DNA from: Ructibacterium sp.
GTDB lineage: Bacteria > Bacillota > Clostridia > Monoglobales > Monoglobaceae
NCBI GenBank assembly: GCA_045603605.1
Contig: JAZUMJ010000150.1
Coordinates: 718 to 64,717, forward strand
Direction: 5' to 3'
Length of the DNA: 64,000 nucleotides
This document shows positions 16,004 to 25,574 of the stretch, in pieces (position 1 is the stretch's first letter; each line of letters starts with the position of its first letter). The position numbers were made by a program, and so were the translations under genes. The notes under the pieces are model-generated. The model saw nothing but the letters and a program-made list of their open reading frames with translations. It searched no databases and was not told the DNA's origin.

Positions 16004-16813
16004 TTATCCATCCTTTCTACATTGTGTTTTATAATTACAATACTGGCAAATTTTATTCTGAATAGATGCTGATTTAGGAGGTACGACATTACGGGCTATA
16101 TACCTATCACATTCTTCTATGTAGTTTATAACCTCGTTTCTCATATCATCAGTAACGTGTAAAATAAATGACTTCATATCCAGAACATCTCTGCTGACAT
16201 ACAGGAATATCACATCATCAATACCTAATGATAAAGAATATGTATAAGCCTGATGATAATGACTTGGATCCACATTTTTCCTATTTATAAATTTATAACC
16301 AGATTCTGACTTAATCTCCAGTATATAATATTTACCCCTATACTTAATAATACCATCACATAAAAACGATATATTTAAATCCTTGTGATATAATTTGGTT
16401 TCAAATTCATTATCATTAAATTTAGGCTCTTTTACAATTTCCAAATAACTTAACTCTCTATTACGAACATACTCCGCAACATTTATATATTCACAATCCA
16501 TGCCGTTCAATTTCATATTATTAACCGCAGACTGAATACGCAAGTGAATATCTGAGCCACTATTACAAATTCCCACCATTGTATAATTCGATTTTCCCAC
16601 ATCAGGCTGTACACCACGAATTTGATAATATGATGCTCTAACACAATTCATGCCACTGGGTTTATATGTTTTACTCGGAAGTCTGGAGCCCTTTTCATCG
16701 TCCAACTCAATACTACGTTTTAAATCAGCTAAAAAACTTTCTTGCGGTTCTAAATCATTTACCTCTGCGTCTATCAGTTTAAAAATATTTTTAAATGAAT
16801 TTGACCTTTTCAT
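16004..16813 (-). CDS. Cas4/RecB-family exonuclease
   Basis: PSGMNC.R, CDGII...ILEIKS, HQ..Y, C-terminal CQYCNYKTQC Fe-S ligands. Confidence 0.85.
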   Translation of the reverse strand: MKRSNSFKNIFKLIDAEVNDLEPQESFLADLKRSIELDDEKGSRLPSKTYKPSGMNCVRASYYQIRGVQPDVGKSNYTMVGICNSGSDIHLRIQSAVNNMKLNGMDCEYINVAEYVRNRELSYLEIVKEPKFNDNEFETKLYHKDLNISFLCDGIIKYRGKYYILEIKSESGYKFINRKNVDPSHYHQAYTYSLSLGIDDVIFLYVSRDVLDMKSFILHVTDDMRNEVINYIEECDRYIARNVVPPKSASIQNKICQYCNYKTQCRKDG

Positions 16814-16843
16814 TATAAACCTCTTCTCATTTAATTAAAATTA

Positions 16844-16869
16844 CGGGAAACTGCCGTAGCAATTTCCCG
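16844..16869 (-). terminator. cUACGg hairpin, probable terminator after the clamp gene
   Basis: CGGGAAATTGC-TACG-GCAGTTTCCCG-TAATTTT. Confidence 0.6.
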
Positions 16870-16882
16870 CCATCTTTAGCAA

Positions 16883-17971
16883 TCATTCATCATCCAAAAG
16901 GGCTATAATAATTGTAATATTACCATCCGTTAATTTAATTCCTTCTTCATTTCCATAATACAGATTGATAACATCACTTTTGATTGCCTTAACCTCTTCC
17001 AGCAAATTCTGAATATCAATCATACAGGTAAAATCTGTAAAATTCTCACTTGCAATATATCCTATAATCTCAACACCATTTGCAGCCATTGATGATACCT
17101 GCAATCCATTCCGTGTAAAAGTTAAATTTATACTATTCTTATCATAAGGACCAACAAATAAATTTAATCTTTCAAGTAACTGGACTAATGAAGATTTCGG
17201 AACGGCACAGAATCTATAAAATTCAGTATGAATCAGTTCATTAATTGCATCAATGGCATAATTCTCTATACCTTCCATTATTTTACCTACGATAACACAA
17301 TTGGACGTTTTATAAACAATATCATCACCTTTTGTGTACACCTCAATATTTTCTTCATCAATAACTGATAACAGGTCAAACAATTCAGAACTGATTAACT
17401 TAGGCTCATCAAACATCGGCAAATCAATACTTGCAATTTTATAACTATCGGTTGCAACAGTTTGGTCACTCATATAATATCCGGTATAACACGGTTCTTC
17501 AAGTGTTTTCGCAAGAGCAGGTTTAATTGTATCTGCAATAACCTGTACAACTGTCTTACGCAAACTGTCCTTTTTCATTTCACCCAAATCTAATCGACTA
17601 AGCGGATCGGGATACTTAATTGCTCCTCCATCTTCATCAAGGGGAAGTTCAATCTTATAGTTACCATTTCCTGTCACATGCAGTATAGCATCTGAATTTA
17701 TTTCCAATGTTACTGAATCACAACTTAACTTAGAGATAAGTTTGGAAAAAATATCCACATCTACAACTGCATAAAAATCATCACCTGTTGCTACAGTGGA
17801 CTCACCAACATATAAGTAGTTGGTCATATCAGTAGTAACTAATTCTAAATCGCCGCTCTCTACTTTAATCGCAATTAATCCTGTAATAGGAATTAATTTA
17901 TTGTTACTTGCACCTACACTTGCTTTTGCTACAGCGTTTTTTAATACCTCAGTTTTAATAGAGATTTTCAT
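16883..17971 (-). CDS. dnaN: Sliding clamp, beta-subunit-like
   Basis: 362 aa; MKISIKTE.L..A...IPITG.I, L.TTD, VATDSYKIA, YP motifs typical of the three-domain beta clamp. Confidence 0.85.
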   Translation of the reverse strand: MKISIKTEVLKNAVAKASVGASNNKLIPITGLIAIKVESGDLELVTTDMTNYLYVGESTVATGDDFYAVVDVDIFSKLISKLSCDSVTLEINSDAILHVTGNGNYKIELPLDEDGGAIKYPDPLSRLDLGEMKKDSLRKTVVQVIADTIKPALAKTLEEPCYTGYYMSDQTVATDSYKIASIDLPMFDEPKLISSELFDLLSVIDEENIEVYTKGDDIVYKTSNCVIVGKIMEGIENYAIDAINELIHTEFYRFCAVPKSSLVQLLERLNLFVGPYDKNSINLTFTRNGLQVSSMAANGVEIIGYIASENFTDFTCMIDIQNLLEEVKAIKSDVINLYYGNEEGIKLTDGNITIIIALLDDE

Positions 17972-18651
17972 TCTTTTTCCTCCTTAAAATAATCTTTACG
18001 AGTTAATATATAAAAAATTGGTGTATCTAAAATAGCAAGAATCATTTTTACAACAAACTGCCCAATAATCATGGATATCATGATCCCATACATTGAAAAA
18101 TCGAATAACCACCTAAATCCGAACCCAAATGCTACAATAACATAAATCACACTATCAATTAATTGACTGGATATAGTTCCGACATTATTCCAAATCCATC
18201 TACCGCCATCTCTACTTCCGTGCCTGTTAATATAAGTATTCCTTATTTTATGAAATACAAATACATCCCAACTTTGTGAAACAGTAAAAGCAGATAAACT
18301 TGCCAATACAAATACCCAATTTTGCCCAAGCAACATTATATAACTATTCTGCATACTACTATCTGCTTCTGGCAAATATCGTGCAATTATTATCACAATT
18401 GTAGCTAAAACCTGACAAATAAATCCGTAAATAACAGCATATTTCGCCTCTCGTTTACCCCATATTTCACCTATAATATCTGTTACTAAGAAAGTTATAG
18501 GATAACATATAGCTCCAACTGTTAATGTTACAGGATTTCCGAATAACGAAATACCAACTGTAAAAAGTTTTGCAGAAATAGCATTTGCAGTAACTAATCC
18601 TACTGCAAAAATCATGTACAATAGATACAAATTTTCCTGTGTTTTTCTCAT
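17968..18651 (-). CDS. yhhQ: Queuosine precursor (preQ0/preQ1) transporter, YhhQ/Vut_1 family
   Basis: Multi-TM; AN.IS.K, YPITFLVTDIIGEIWG, ASL.AF..SQ.WDV.VF, SQLIDS, DTP motifs. Confidence 0.92.
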   Translation of the reverse strand: MRKTQENLYLLYMIFAVGLVTANAISAKLFTVGISLFGNPVTLTVGAICYPITFLVTDIIGEIWGKREAKYAVIYGFICQVLATIVIIIARYLPEADSSMQNSYIMLLGQNWVFVLASLSAFTVSQSWDVFVFHKIRNTYINRHGSRDGGRWIWNNVGTISSQLIDSVIYVIVAFGFGFRWLFDFSMYGIMISMIIGQFVVKMILAILDTPIFYILTRKDYFKEEKE

Positions 18652-18662
18652 AACTAAAAAAT

Positions 18663-18731
18663 CTCCTTCATTTGATTAGTTGGTAAGGATAAACAACTAT
18701 CCTCGTTTTTAATTGGTAGGACTAAACAATT
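18663..18731 (-). promoter_or_regulatory. Tandem preQ1-I-like riboswitch aptamers (two H-type pseudoknots); the second sequesters the yhhQ SD
   Basis: Unit 1 AATTG-TTTAGTCCTAC-CAATT-AAAAACG-AGGA; unit 2 TAGTTG-TTTATCCTTAC-CAACTA-ATCAAATG-AAGGAG; loop TCCT(T) pairs with (A)AGGA. Confidence 0.75.
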
Positions 18732-18739
18732 TATCGAAC

Positions 18740-19645
18740 CTAAAATAACCTCCTTGTCTTAAACTCACTTGGTCCGTTGTATTTATAATTTGCTGCCCAA
18801 AATATTAACCTATCAATATTATAACGTAATCTCAACTTATAGTCACCACATAATTCTTCAAAATTATAATTAAATTGTTCAATTTCCTGTAAAATATTTC
18901 GAATCGCCTCAATTGGCATATTCTGGATATTTAATTTATCGGATTTTAACGTATTACTTATCGAAACGATTCCCAAATCTTTTGTAAGTATTCCGCCATT
19001 TATTGCTACTTGTAACCATGTAGTAGAATCTGCACTATAAAATGGGAAATTCTCTAATATTTTAGGAACAGTTATACCAAAAGCATGAACTTTAACATTA
19101 GGATTGCTACTACGTTTTATAATTGAAAATATCTCATGGAAATATTGTATTTGTATATCAGTCGATACACCGTGCCTGCCGCCAACTCCGATATATGATG
19201 CTTTTTCTCCGCAAACTTCGGTATCTAAAATACGTAATAATCCAGATTTAGGTTCTCCAAAATGATATAAAGGTAAGACATTACACTTACTATCAACTCT
19301 CTCCCTCATATATACATAATTATCCCAACTTCGTTCACTACTTTCTTTAGCGGTTGCTGTATTTAGTACTGGATACGGAATAACATCAAGTTCTGCCCAA
19401 TTCGGAATATCTGAATGATTATTTATATACGCAATATAATCATCTATAGACACCTCAGCTCCACTATGTGCAACTGAAAAGGCACCACTGTCTATAAATA
19501 AAGTATCAGTAACTGAATCGTTTACCCACCAATCAATTACCCTTTTCTCATTAACCTGCGACAATAATCTATACTGATGTAATTCACGTAAATAGCTATC
19601 CGCATCTTTAGAACCCCAACCTGCAAAATACAAATGAAATCCCAT
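18740..19645 (-). CDS. dpdA: DpdA-like DNA 7-deazaguanine transglycosylase (TGT fold)
   Basis: FIDSGAFS, LDVIP, PLYHFGE, YIGVGG, VHAFG, PFYSADSTTW; adjacent to yhhQ. Confidence 0.85.
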   Translation of the reverse strand: MGFHLYFAGWGSKDADSYLRELHQYRLLSQVNEKRVIDWWVNDSVTDTLFIDSGAFSVAHSGAEVSIDDYIAYINNHSDIPNWAELDVIPYPVLNTATAKESSERSWDNYVYMRERVDSKCNVLPLYHFGEPKSGLLRILDTEVCGEKASYIGVGGRHGVSTDIQIQYFHEIFSIIKRSSNPNVKVHAFGITVPKILENFPFYSADSTTWLQVAINGGILTKDLGIVSISNTLKSDKLNIQNMPIEAIRNILQEIEQFNYNFEELCGDYKLRLRYNIDRLIFWAANYKYNGPSEFKTRRLF

Positions 19646-19652
19646 ACGCACC

Positions 19653-20642
19653 TCAAAATAATTTTATCATATTGTCAACAGACATTGACCATTTATTTGT
19701 ATCATATTCGGGCGGAAAATAATTTAATAACGCATTTTTAACCATTTTAAAACATTCTTCTTCGGTATTATATCTACAACCATTTGGTACGGTTTCTTTA
19801 TAACTCAAAGCATCTGGTACTACAACTATATTATCAAGGGCCATACACTCTAATGTCGAATATCCGAAAGTTTCCTGTTCGGCAAACGAAACCATAACTT
19901 TTGATTTACCTAATAATCGAAAATACTCTTCTCGATTTGCAGTTTCAACAATAGTCTTTACAGCCTTAAATTTTATTCCTTCATCTTCAAGTTTTGAACA
20001 TAATAAATCAAACATTTCTGGATGCTTCTCAATATCTAATCTATGCGGAAAAACGATAATATTTTCTTTAGGTTGTAAATACTTTTCTTTTAATTCTTGT
20101 CCGTAAAATGGCAACCCTGTTACATAAATTTTATCAGCTAATCGGGGAATAAGATATGAATTTTTCAATAACAATTCTTTATGAAATAATGTTGCCACAA
20201 ATATTTTATCTATTCCCTCAAACCAACTTGCTTCTAACCATTTACCCCAATTTCGCATTCCATTTCTATACGTAAAATCATGTGCATCATACGTGCCTGC
20301 ATGAAATATACCATAAATATTAAATTTAATATTTAACATATTCCGTATATAAAATAGCCCTTCTAATCCGGGAAACCATAAATCCGCAAAAAATATTATG
20401 TCGCCATCTTTTATTTCATTTGAATTAATCTTTGTTATAAGTTTTTCTAACTGACTGAATTTATATACATGAGTACCGCACGCATCTAATACTCCACCAA
20501 CGGTTACTTTATTTGAAAATGTATCTCCCAAAATTGTTTCATATTGAATATCATGGAGATTAAATTCATTTTCAAATTGTTGTATCCAATCTGCTGTATA
20601 TCTCGTTTCATACGGTTCAATAGGAATATAAAAAACTTTCAT
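19653..20642 (-). CDS. GT-B fold (GT4-like) glycosyltransferase
   Basis: IEPYETRYT..W, FPHRLDIEKHP, QETFGYSTLE...VVPD.LSY.E. Confidence 0.8.
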   Translation of the reverse strand: MKVFYIPIEPYETRYTADWIQQFENEFNLHDIQYETILGDTFSNKVTVGGVLDACGTHVYKFSQLEKLITKINSNEIKDGDIIFFADLWFPGLEGLFYIRNMLNIKFNIYGIFHAGTYDAHDFTYRNGMRNWGKWLEASWFEGIDKIFVATLFHKELLLKNSYLIPRLADKIYVTGLPFYGQELKEKYLQPKENIIVFPHRLDIEKHPEMFDLLCSKLEDEGIKFKAVKTIVETANREEYFRLLGKSKVMVSFAEQETFGYSTLECMALDNIVVVPDALSYKETVPNGCRYNTEEECFKMVKNALLNYFPPEYDTNKWSMSVDNMIKLF

Positions 20643-20644
20643 AC

Positions 20645-21097
20645 CTACTCCTTAATAAAATCTTCATATAATAATATATCTGAACTATACCTATTATCTT
20701 TAAGTCCGATCAATGAATTTCTTTTAAACTTTGAAATTCCTGCTATATAAACATTCTCATCGTCCCTAATCTTTATTTGCATATTATCGAATATATCATA
20801 CCATCTTGACCGAACTATAATGAAATCAAACACCTCACAAACTTCAATAGGCGGAATATTTGATATACTGCACTCCAGTAAAATCGAATACCTGCCGAAC
20901 AAATAGTCTAAATCGTCAATCCATTTCCAATTTGTAATATCTACTTCACCTGCACCGAAATATATACTAACTATATCCGGCTCAGCAGATAATACGGCTT
21001 TTACAACATCTAAATTTGGATTTTCAGATTCAACAAACAACGTAGGTTTTCCAAAATTAAAATTATGTTCTGCTTCTATTCCTCTCCAAATTCTCAT
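20645..21097 (-). CDS. Hypothetical protein in the DNA-modification operon (GIEAEH...G.PTLFV)
   Basis: Translationally coupled between polA and the glycosyltransferase. Confidence 0.7.
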   Translation of the reverse strand: MRIWRGIEAEHNFNFGKPTLFVESENPNLDVVKAVLSAEPDIVSIYFGAGEVDITNWKWIDDLDYLFGRYSILLECSISNIPPIEVCEVFDFIIVRSRWYDIFDNMQIKIRDDENVYIAGISKFKRNSLIGLKDNRYSSDILLYEDFIKE

Positions 21098-23397
21098 ATT
21101 TCAATACTCTCTCCGTACCACTCTCGTGTTACTTCCACATCGCACTTAATTGGAATTGTTAATTTACTCTCTGCTGCCTTAGACATAAGCATTGCAAATC
21201 TTTCGGAGCATTCCTTAACATTCTCTTCCGGACACTCTGCTATTAACTCATCGTGTACCGGTATAAGGAGTCTGAATCCTAATTCCTGTAGTCTTTTATC
21301 GTTACCAACTAAAATCATTGCTAACTTGCTCATATCTGCAGCTGAACCTTGAATTCTTGCATTTACACACTGTCTTTGTGCATCAGCTATTTTTGCTCCA
21401 TTGTCAACAATCCAGATTCCTTCGGCATTTGCTTGTTCAAAAATTTTACGCTTCTGTCCAAAATATGCTTGTCTTAATCTTCTGATATATTTTTGTTGCA
21501 CATCATCGGGCACTTCATAAGAAATCTCTCCGTATTCGCTACCATCTTCGGAAAAATCAAGTATATCTTCCCCTGTCGACACTCCGTCCACCCATTTAAA
21601 CTCAAATTCTGGTAATTGCAAATCAGGCAATCTTCTTTTTCTGCCCCACAAGGTAGTAACATATCCACATTCATAAGCCATCTCCAAACTATCTTCTTCA
21701 AATTTCGGAATTGCAGGGAATCCTTTGAATACAGAATCTTTTATTGCTTGTGCTTTCTTAGTAGTAGTTCCCAACTGCTCTGCGATTGAGGGCACCCCTC
21801 TCCCGTACAATACTCCGAGCAGGATAGACTTAGCCTGACTTCTTCTGTTTTTTCCATCTGGATTTGTTGTTCCATCAGGTCTAAATTCGAGGCAGTTATC
21901 ATATGTCGTATTAAAGGACAAGGCGGCAATTTCTGCATATAAATCTTTTCCTTCCTGATATGCTTTAATCATCTTTGGATCGCCACACATCTGCGTCATT
22001 ACTTTTGGTTCTTGCTGTGAATAGTCACTTGACATAAGTACATAACCGTCTGACGCTATAAACATCTTTCTTATATCTTTATTATGTGACGGTATATTTT
22101 GTAGATTTGGGTCACTACTTGAAAATCGCCCTGTATCCGCTCCATACTGATTAAAAGAACAATGTATCCTTCCATCATTAGGATTAACACAAGCAGGCAA
22201 TTTATCAATATACGTTGATACTAATTTAGCCATCTCTCGATAATCTAATATTGCTTTTGCTATGGGATTATCAATCTTCTGTAAAATTGCTTCCCCTGTT
22301 CCTCTTGGACTTTTTGAATCAGGTGACTCAATCTGTAAAATATCATAAAGAAGAATTGCAATCTGAGTTGGACTGCCAATGTTAATTGGTGTATCTAATT
22401 TATTTCCTATATTAGCTTTCTTATACGCTTCTATCTTTTCATCATATACGGAACATAACTTATAAAATTCGTCCTGTTTTTCTGCAAGCAATTTATTATA
22501 TTTATCCGATAATACTTGTTGGTATTCAAAATCAAATTTAACACCGTTATCTTCCATATCACAAACTACTTTTACACACGGCATTTCAATATTAAAGAAT
22601 ACCCACGACACCCCATTCATACCATTACGGTCTTCGTTTGGTTTTGTATCATCATAATATAAATACTGCTTTTGGTATTGATACAATTCATATGTAATAA
22701 TTGCATCATGCGCCGCATAAAGATAAAATGTATTAATAGGAATCTTATCAGCAGTTATTCCTTTAAATAAAGAATCAAATCTAAATTCATCTTCTTTACC
22801 ATCAAGTACATATTTTTGGTGAAGTGCTTTAAGTCCTTTTGACTCCTCATTTTCATTAAGAAGTCTACTCGCTAAATAACAATCCCATGTACAATAAGCA
22901 TCTTTCCAACCAAGTTGATTTCTTAATACACGAATATCAAATTTGGCATTAAACATTATAACATCAATATCATGTATCTGCTGAAATTCAGAAAGTATCA
23001 AATCCTTTTCTATTTGATTATCTACTTTTACTCCGGTTACATATGACACATGATTAATTGGTATATAAGCTGGTTTTTCATTTGGAGTATAAATACATAT
23101 ACCAACTATATCATCAAGTAATGGGTCAAGTCCTGTTGTTTCTGTATCTACTGCCATAACTTTATGCCATAAACTTGCCTGAATATAATCATGTAATACT
23201 TCGGCATCCGTAATTACTAAATAATCATCTTTGAACTTACCAAGATGCTTTTCAACCATTGCTTTAATTTGATTAATTTGACCGAGAACCCCGCTACCTT
23301 TTACAGTAGCGGAGACTCTCGATTTAACCTTAGATTTATTGGCAATTACTCTATCCTGCTCTTTTCCTGCTCGTTTAGGAATTGTAAATAATGGCAT
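21094..23397 (-). CDS. polA: Family A DNA polymerase with 3'-5' exonuclease, no 5' nuclease domain
   Basis: AVDTETTGL, FNAKFD, YAAHDA, TGRFSS.DPNLQNIP, DYSQQE, R.QAK...G.LYG, PVHDE. Confidence 0.96.
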   Translation of the reverse strand: MPLFTIPKRAGKEQDRVIANKSKVKSRVSATVKGSGVLGQINQIKAMVEKHLGKFKDDYLVITDAEVLHDYIQASLWHKVMAVDTETTGLDPLLDDIVGICIYTPNEKPAYIPINHVSYVTGVKVDNQIEKDLILSEFQQIHDIDVIMFNAKFDIRVLRNQLGWKDAYCTWDCYLASRLLNENEESKGLKALHQKYVLDGKEDEFRFDSLFKGITADKIPINTFYLYAAHDAIITYELYQYQKQYLYYDDTKPNEDRNGMNGVSWVFFNIEMPCVKVVCDMEDNGVKFDFEYQQVLSDKYNKLLAEKQDEFYKLCSVYDEKIEAYKKANIGNKLDTPINIGSPTQIAILLYDILQIESPDSKSPRGTGEAILQKIDNPIAKAILDYREMAKLVSTYIDKLPACVNPNDGRIHCSFNQYGADTGRFSSSDPNLQNIPSHNKDIRKMFIASDGYVLMSSDYSQQEPKVMTQMCGDPKMIKAYQEGKDLYAEIAALSFNTTYDNCLEFRPDGTTNPDGKNRRSQAKSILLGVLYGRGVPSIAEQLGTTTKKAQAIKDSVFKGFPAIPKFEEDSLEMAYECGYVTTLWGRKRRLPDLQLPEFEFKWVDGVSTGEDILDFSEDGSEYGEISYEVPDDVQQKYIRRLRQAYFGQKRKIFEQANAEGIWIVDNGAKIADAQRQCVNARIQGSAADMSKLAMILVGNDKRLQELGFRLLIPVHDELIAECPEENVKECSERFAMLMSKAAESKLTIPIKCDVEVTREWYGESIEI

Positions 23398-23413
23398 ATA
23401 TCAATCCTCAGTA

Positions 23414-24064
23414 TTAAAACGCATCTCTCCTTCTTGAAGGAGTTCTACGAATTACGGCATCATCATCAGAAGTGTTGGACGTTCTGCGTCTTAAGGGTTC
23501 ATCATCGTCAGGCGGAAATTGTCCTTCCTGTAAATAATATTCCATATCATCTGCTGACTTATCAAGTACAAGTCCTCCGAGAATTACAGGAACATCTGGA
23601 AGATCCTCAAGTGATGTATCATCACTTCCTACCTCATATATTTCATATGTGGTTGATGTATCTCCCTTTTTACCGCTTCGTTCAATCTCAAATTTATGCG
23701 ACACTGTATTTGGATACCTTGCACAAATACTTGAAATCTTACCGAAGAACTTCTTTCCTCTTTCCCAAATTTTTACATCCCCTGTTTCTTCCTCATAAAT
23801 AGGAACAAACAGTTTTGCGGAAGTAAACATTCTTGCCTTGCAGAACGGACACACATCAACTGGATCACCATAATTACGCAAGCAATTTACGTACCGTTTC
23901 TTATCATTAATCTCAACCTGATGAACGGACATTCCTTCAACATCATCAATTCCGTCATACATAAATCTAACAGTTGCAACTTCCTTATCCTCTTTCAGAT
24001 AAAAAAATCCTGTTCCGCCCTGGCCTCCGTAATGGTCAACTTCATCTGCTTTAAATCTCGCCAT
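23414..24064 (-). CDS. Single-stranded DNA-binding protein (Zn-binding, gp32-like)
   Basis: H...C...CPFC Zn motif, OB-like pattern, acidic tail ending in F; next to polA. Confidence 0.75.
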   Translation of the reverse strand: MARFKADEVDHYGGQGGTGFFYLKEDKEVATVRFMYDGIDDVEGMSVHQVEINDKKRYVNCLRNYGDPVDVCPFCKARMFTSAKLFVPIYEEETGDVKIWERGKKFFGKISSICARYPNTVSHKFEIERSGKKGDTSTTYEIYEVGSDDTSLEDLPDVPVILGGLVLDKSADDMEYYLQEGQFPPDDDEPLRRRTSNTSDDDAVIRRTPSRRRDAF

Positions 24065-24093
24065 AGTTTTCTCCTTTTCTATCTATTTAATAT

Positions 24094-24441
24094 TTATTCA
24101 CTCAATGCCTGCTTTACCGCAGCATACATTGCCGAATACATAAGTCTATAAAGTTTACGCTGATTTTCCTCTGAGAAAAAATCGTCCACAGTAGAAACTT
24201 TTTCTACTACAGTGACGGCTGTTTCCTCATCACTAATTACATAAGAATCTTTAGGAATACCGAACCTGGATTCTAAAATAACAACTGCTAAATTAGCCAG
24301 TGTTCCTCGTACTTTTGCGTTTGCAAAATAAGAATTATTAACTCCAATTTCTTTACAGACATGTGAGAAAGTTAATCCTCGTTCCTCAATTGCATCATAC
24401 AGTTTCTTTGCATCAATTTTTACCATGTTTTTGTTTGCCAT
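24094..24441 (-). CDS. XRE/Cro-like HTH regulator
   Basis: RGLTFSHVCKEIGVNNSYF HTH; own promoter. Confidence 0.65.
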   Translation of the reverse strand: MANKNMVKIDAKKLYDAIEERGLTFSHVCKEIGVNNSYFANAKVRGTLANLAVVILESRFGIPKDSYVISDEETAVTVVEKVSTVDDFFSEENQRKLYRLMYSAMYAAVKQALSE

Positions 24442-24513
24442 ACTTTTTCTCCTTTTAATTTTATAGGCTATATAGGTTAATTAGTAAACTGCATATAAGC
24501 ATACTACTATACT

Positions 24514-24542
24514 ATAATATCATGTAGTATAATATTTGTCAA
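24514..24542 (-). promoter_or_regulatory. sigmaA-type promoter
   Basis: TTGACA-N17-TATTAT. Confidence 0.65.
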
Positions 24543-24545
24543 TCA

Positions 24546-25574
24546 TTAAAACACATCATGTAAATTTCTCAATTCTTCCTTAGTACAATCATTTGCGTCT
24601 TTTCTTCCTTTTGGAAAATAATACTCTGTAATAATCTTAGTGTTCTGCATATTCATTCTTATTCTTTTTCTTGCCGCTAACCCCCTTTCATCCATATCTG
24701 TTGCAAGTATTATTTTTCTGCAAGGCAATTCTCTTAATTGTTTGAATTGTAGTTCATTGCCAAGTCCGTTTAAAGCTACTGCGTACTTACCCACTGTCCA
24801 AAATGATAAAGCATCCAACATAGATTCACATACTATTACCTCCCTTGCAGGTGACATTAAATCAAATCGGAATTTCATTAATTCATATAACCCATAAAGT
24901 GGTTTCTCTACTCCTTCTGGATAATTAAAGAACTTTGTCTTGGTAGAACGGCGTGCGACAAATAGGCAGTTACCAGATATGTCCCGAATGGGAAAAGTGA
25001 TACAATCGGTTTCTGCATCATATCCCACATCAAATAATTCAATGTTATCATCTGTTATTCCTCTCTTGTACATATAAGGGTGAATAACTCTGTAGGTTTC
25101 TAATTCTTCTTCCGTGACATAATCTTGTCGATTAGCCATAGCAGAATTGTCACCATTCCTACTATCCAGGGAACTATAATTCCTAAAATCATCATAGCTT
25201 GTCCCACGCCGTGTAAAATCAAGTTCAACATCTTTTCTCTCCTCCGCTTGTACTGTTGCAAAATTCCTTAATAACCACTGCCAGCCAAATGTGCCTACTA
25301 TATCATCATAGTGGTCAAAACAATGAGATATTACTTCTGGTAAAGTATGTACTTCACCGCAGGCGAAACAGTGAAATATTCCATCTTCTTTTCTTATTCC
25401 CGCTGACGGTCTACGCTCCATGCCGTTATTATGATAAGGACAGCATATTTGTATATGTGTTGGGCCGTCTTTTGTTTTTGCCAATAACTGACTGCCATTA
25501 GCCCTTAGCTGACTGATTAATTCTTGCAGAATATCGTCCAATTCACAATTGAACTGAATATCGTTAATTACCAT
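24546..25574 (-). CDS. dnaG: DNA primase (CHC2 Zn finger plus TOPRIM)
   Basis: CPYH...PS...HCFACG; VCESMLDA; ATDMDERG; KDAND. Confidence 0.92.
   Translation of the reverse strand: MVINDIQFNCELDDILQELISQLRANGSQLLAKTKDGPTHIQICCPYHNNGMERRPSAGIRKEDGIFHCFACGEVHTLPEVISHCFDHYDDIVGTFGWQWLLRNFATVQAEERKDVELDFTRRGTSYDDFRNYSSLDSRNGDNSAMANRQDYVTEEELETYRVIHPYMYKRGITDDNIELFDVGYDAETDCITFPIRDISGNCLFVARRSTKTKFFNYPEGVEKPLYGLYELMKFRFDLMSPAREVIVCESMLDALSFWTVGKYAVALNGLGNELQFKQLRELPCRKIILATDMDERGLAARKRIRMNMQNTKIITEYYFPKGRKDANDCTKEELRNLHDVF

Noticed and set aside
16004-16813. Cas4-like gene as a sign of a CRISPR-Cas locus
   Set aside because: No repeat-spacer array or other cas genes seen; solo Cas4-family nucleases are common in phage recombination modules
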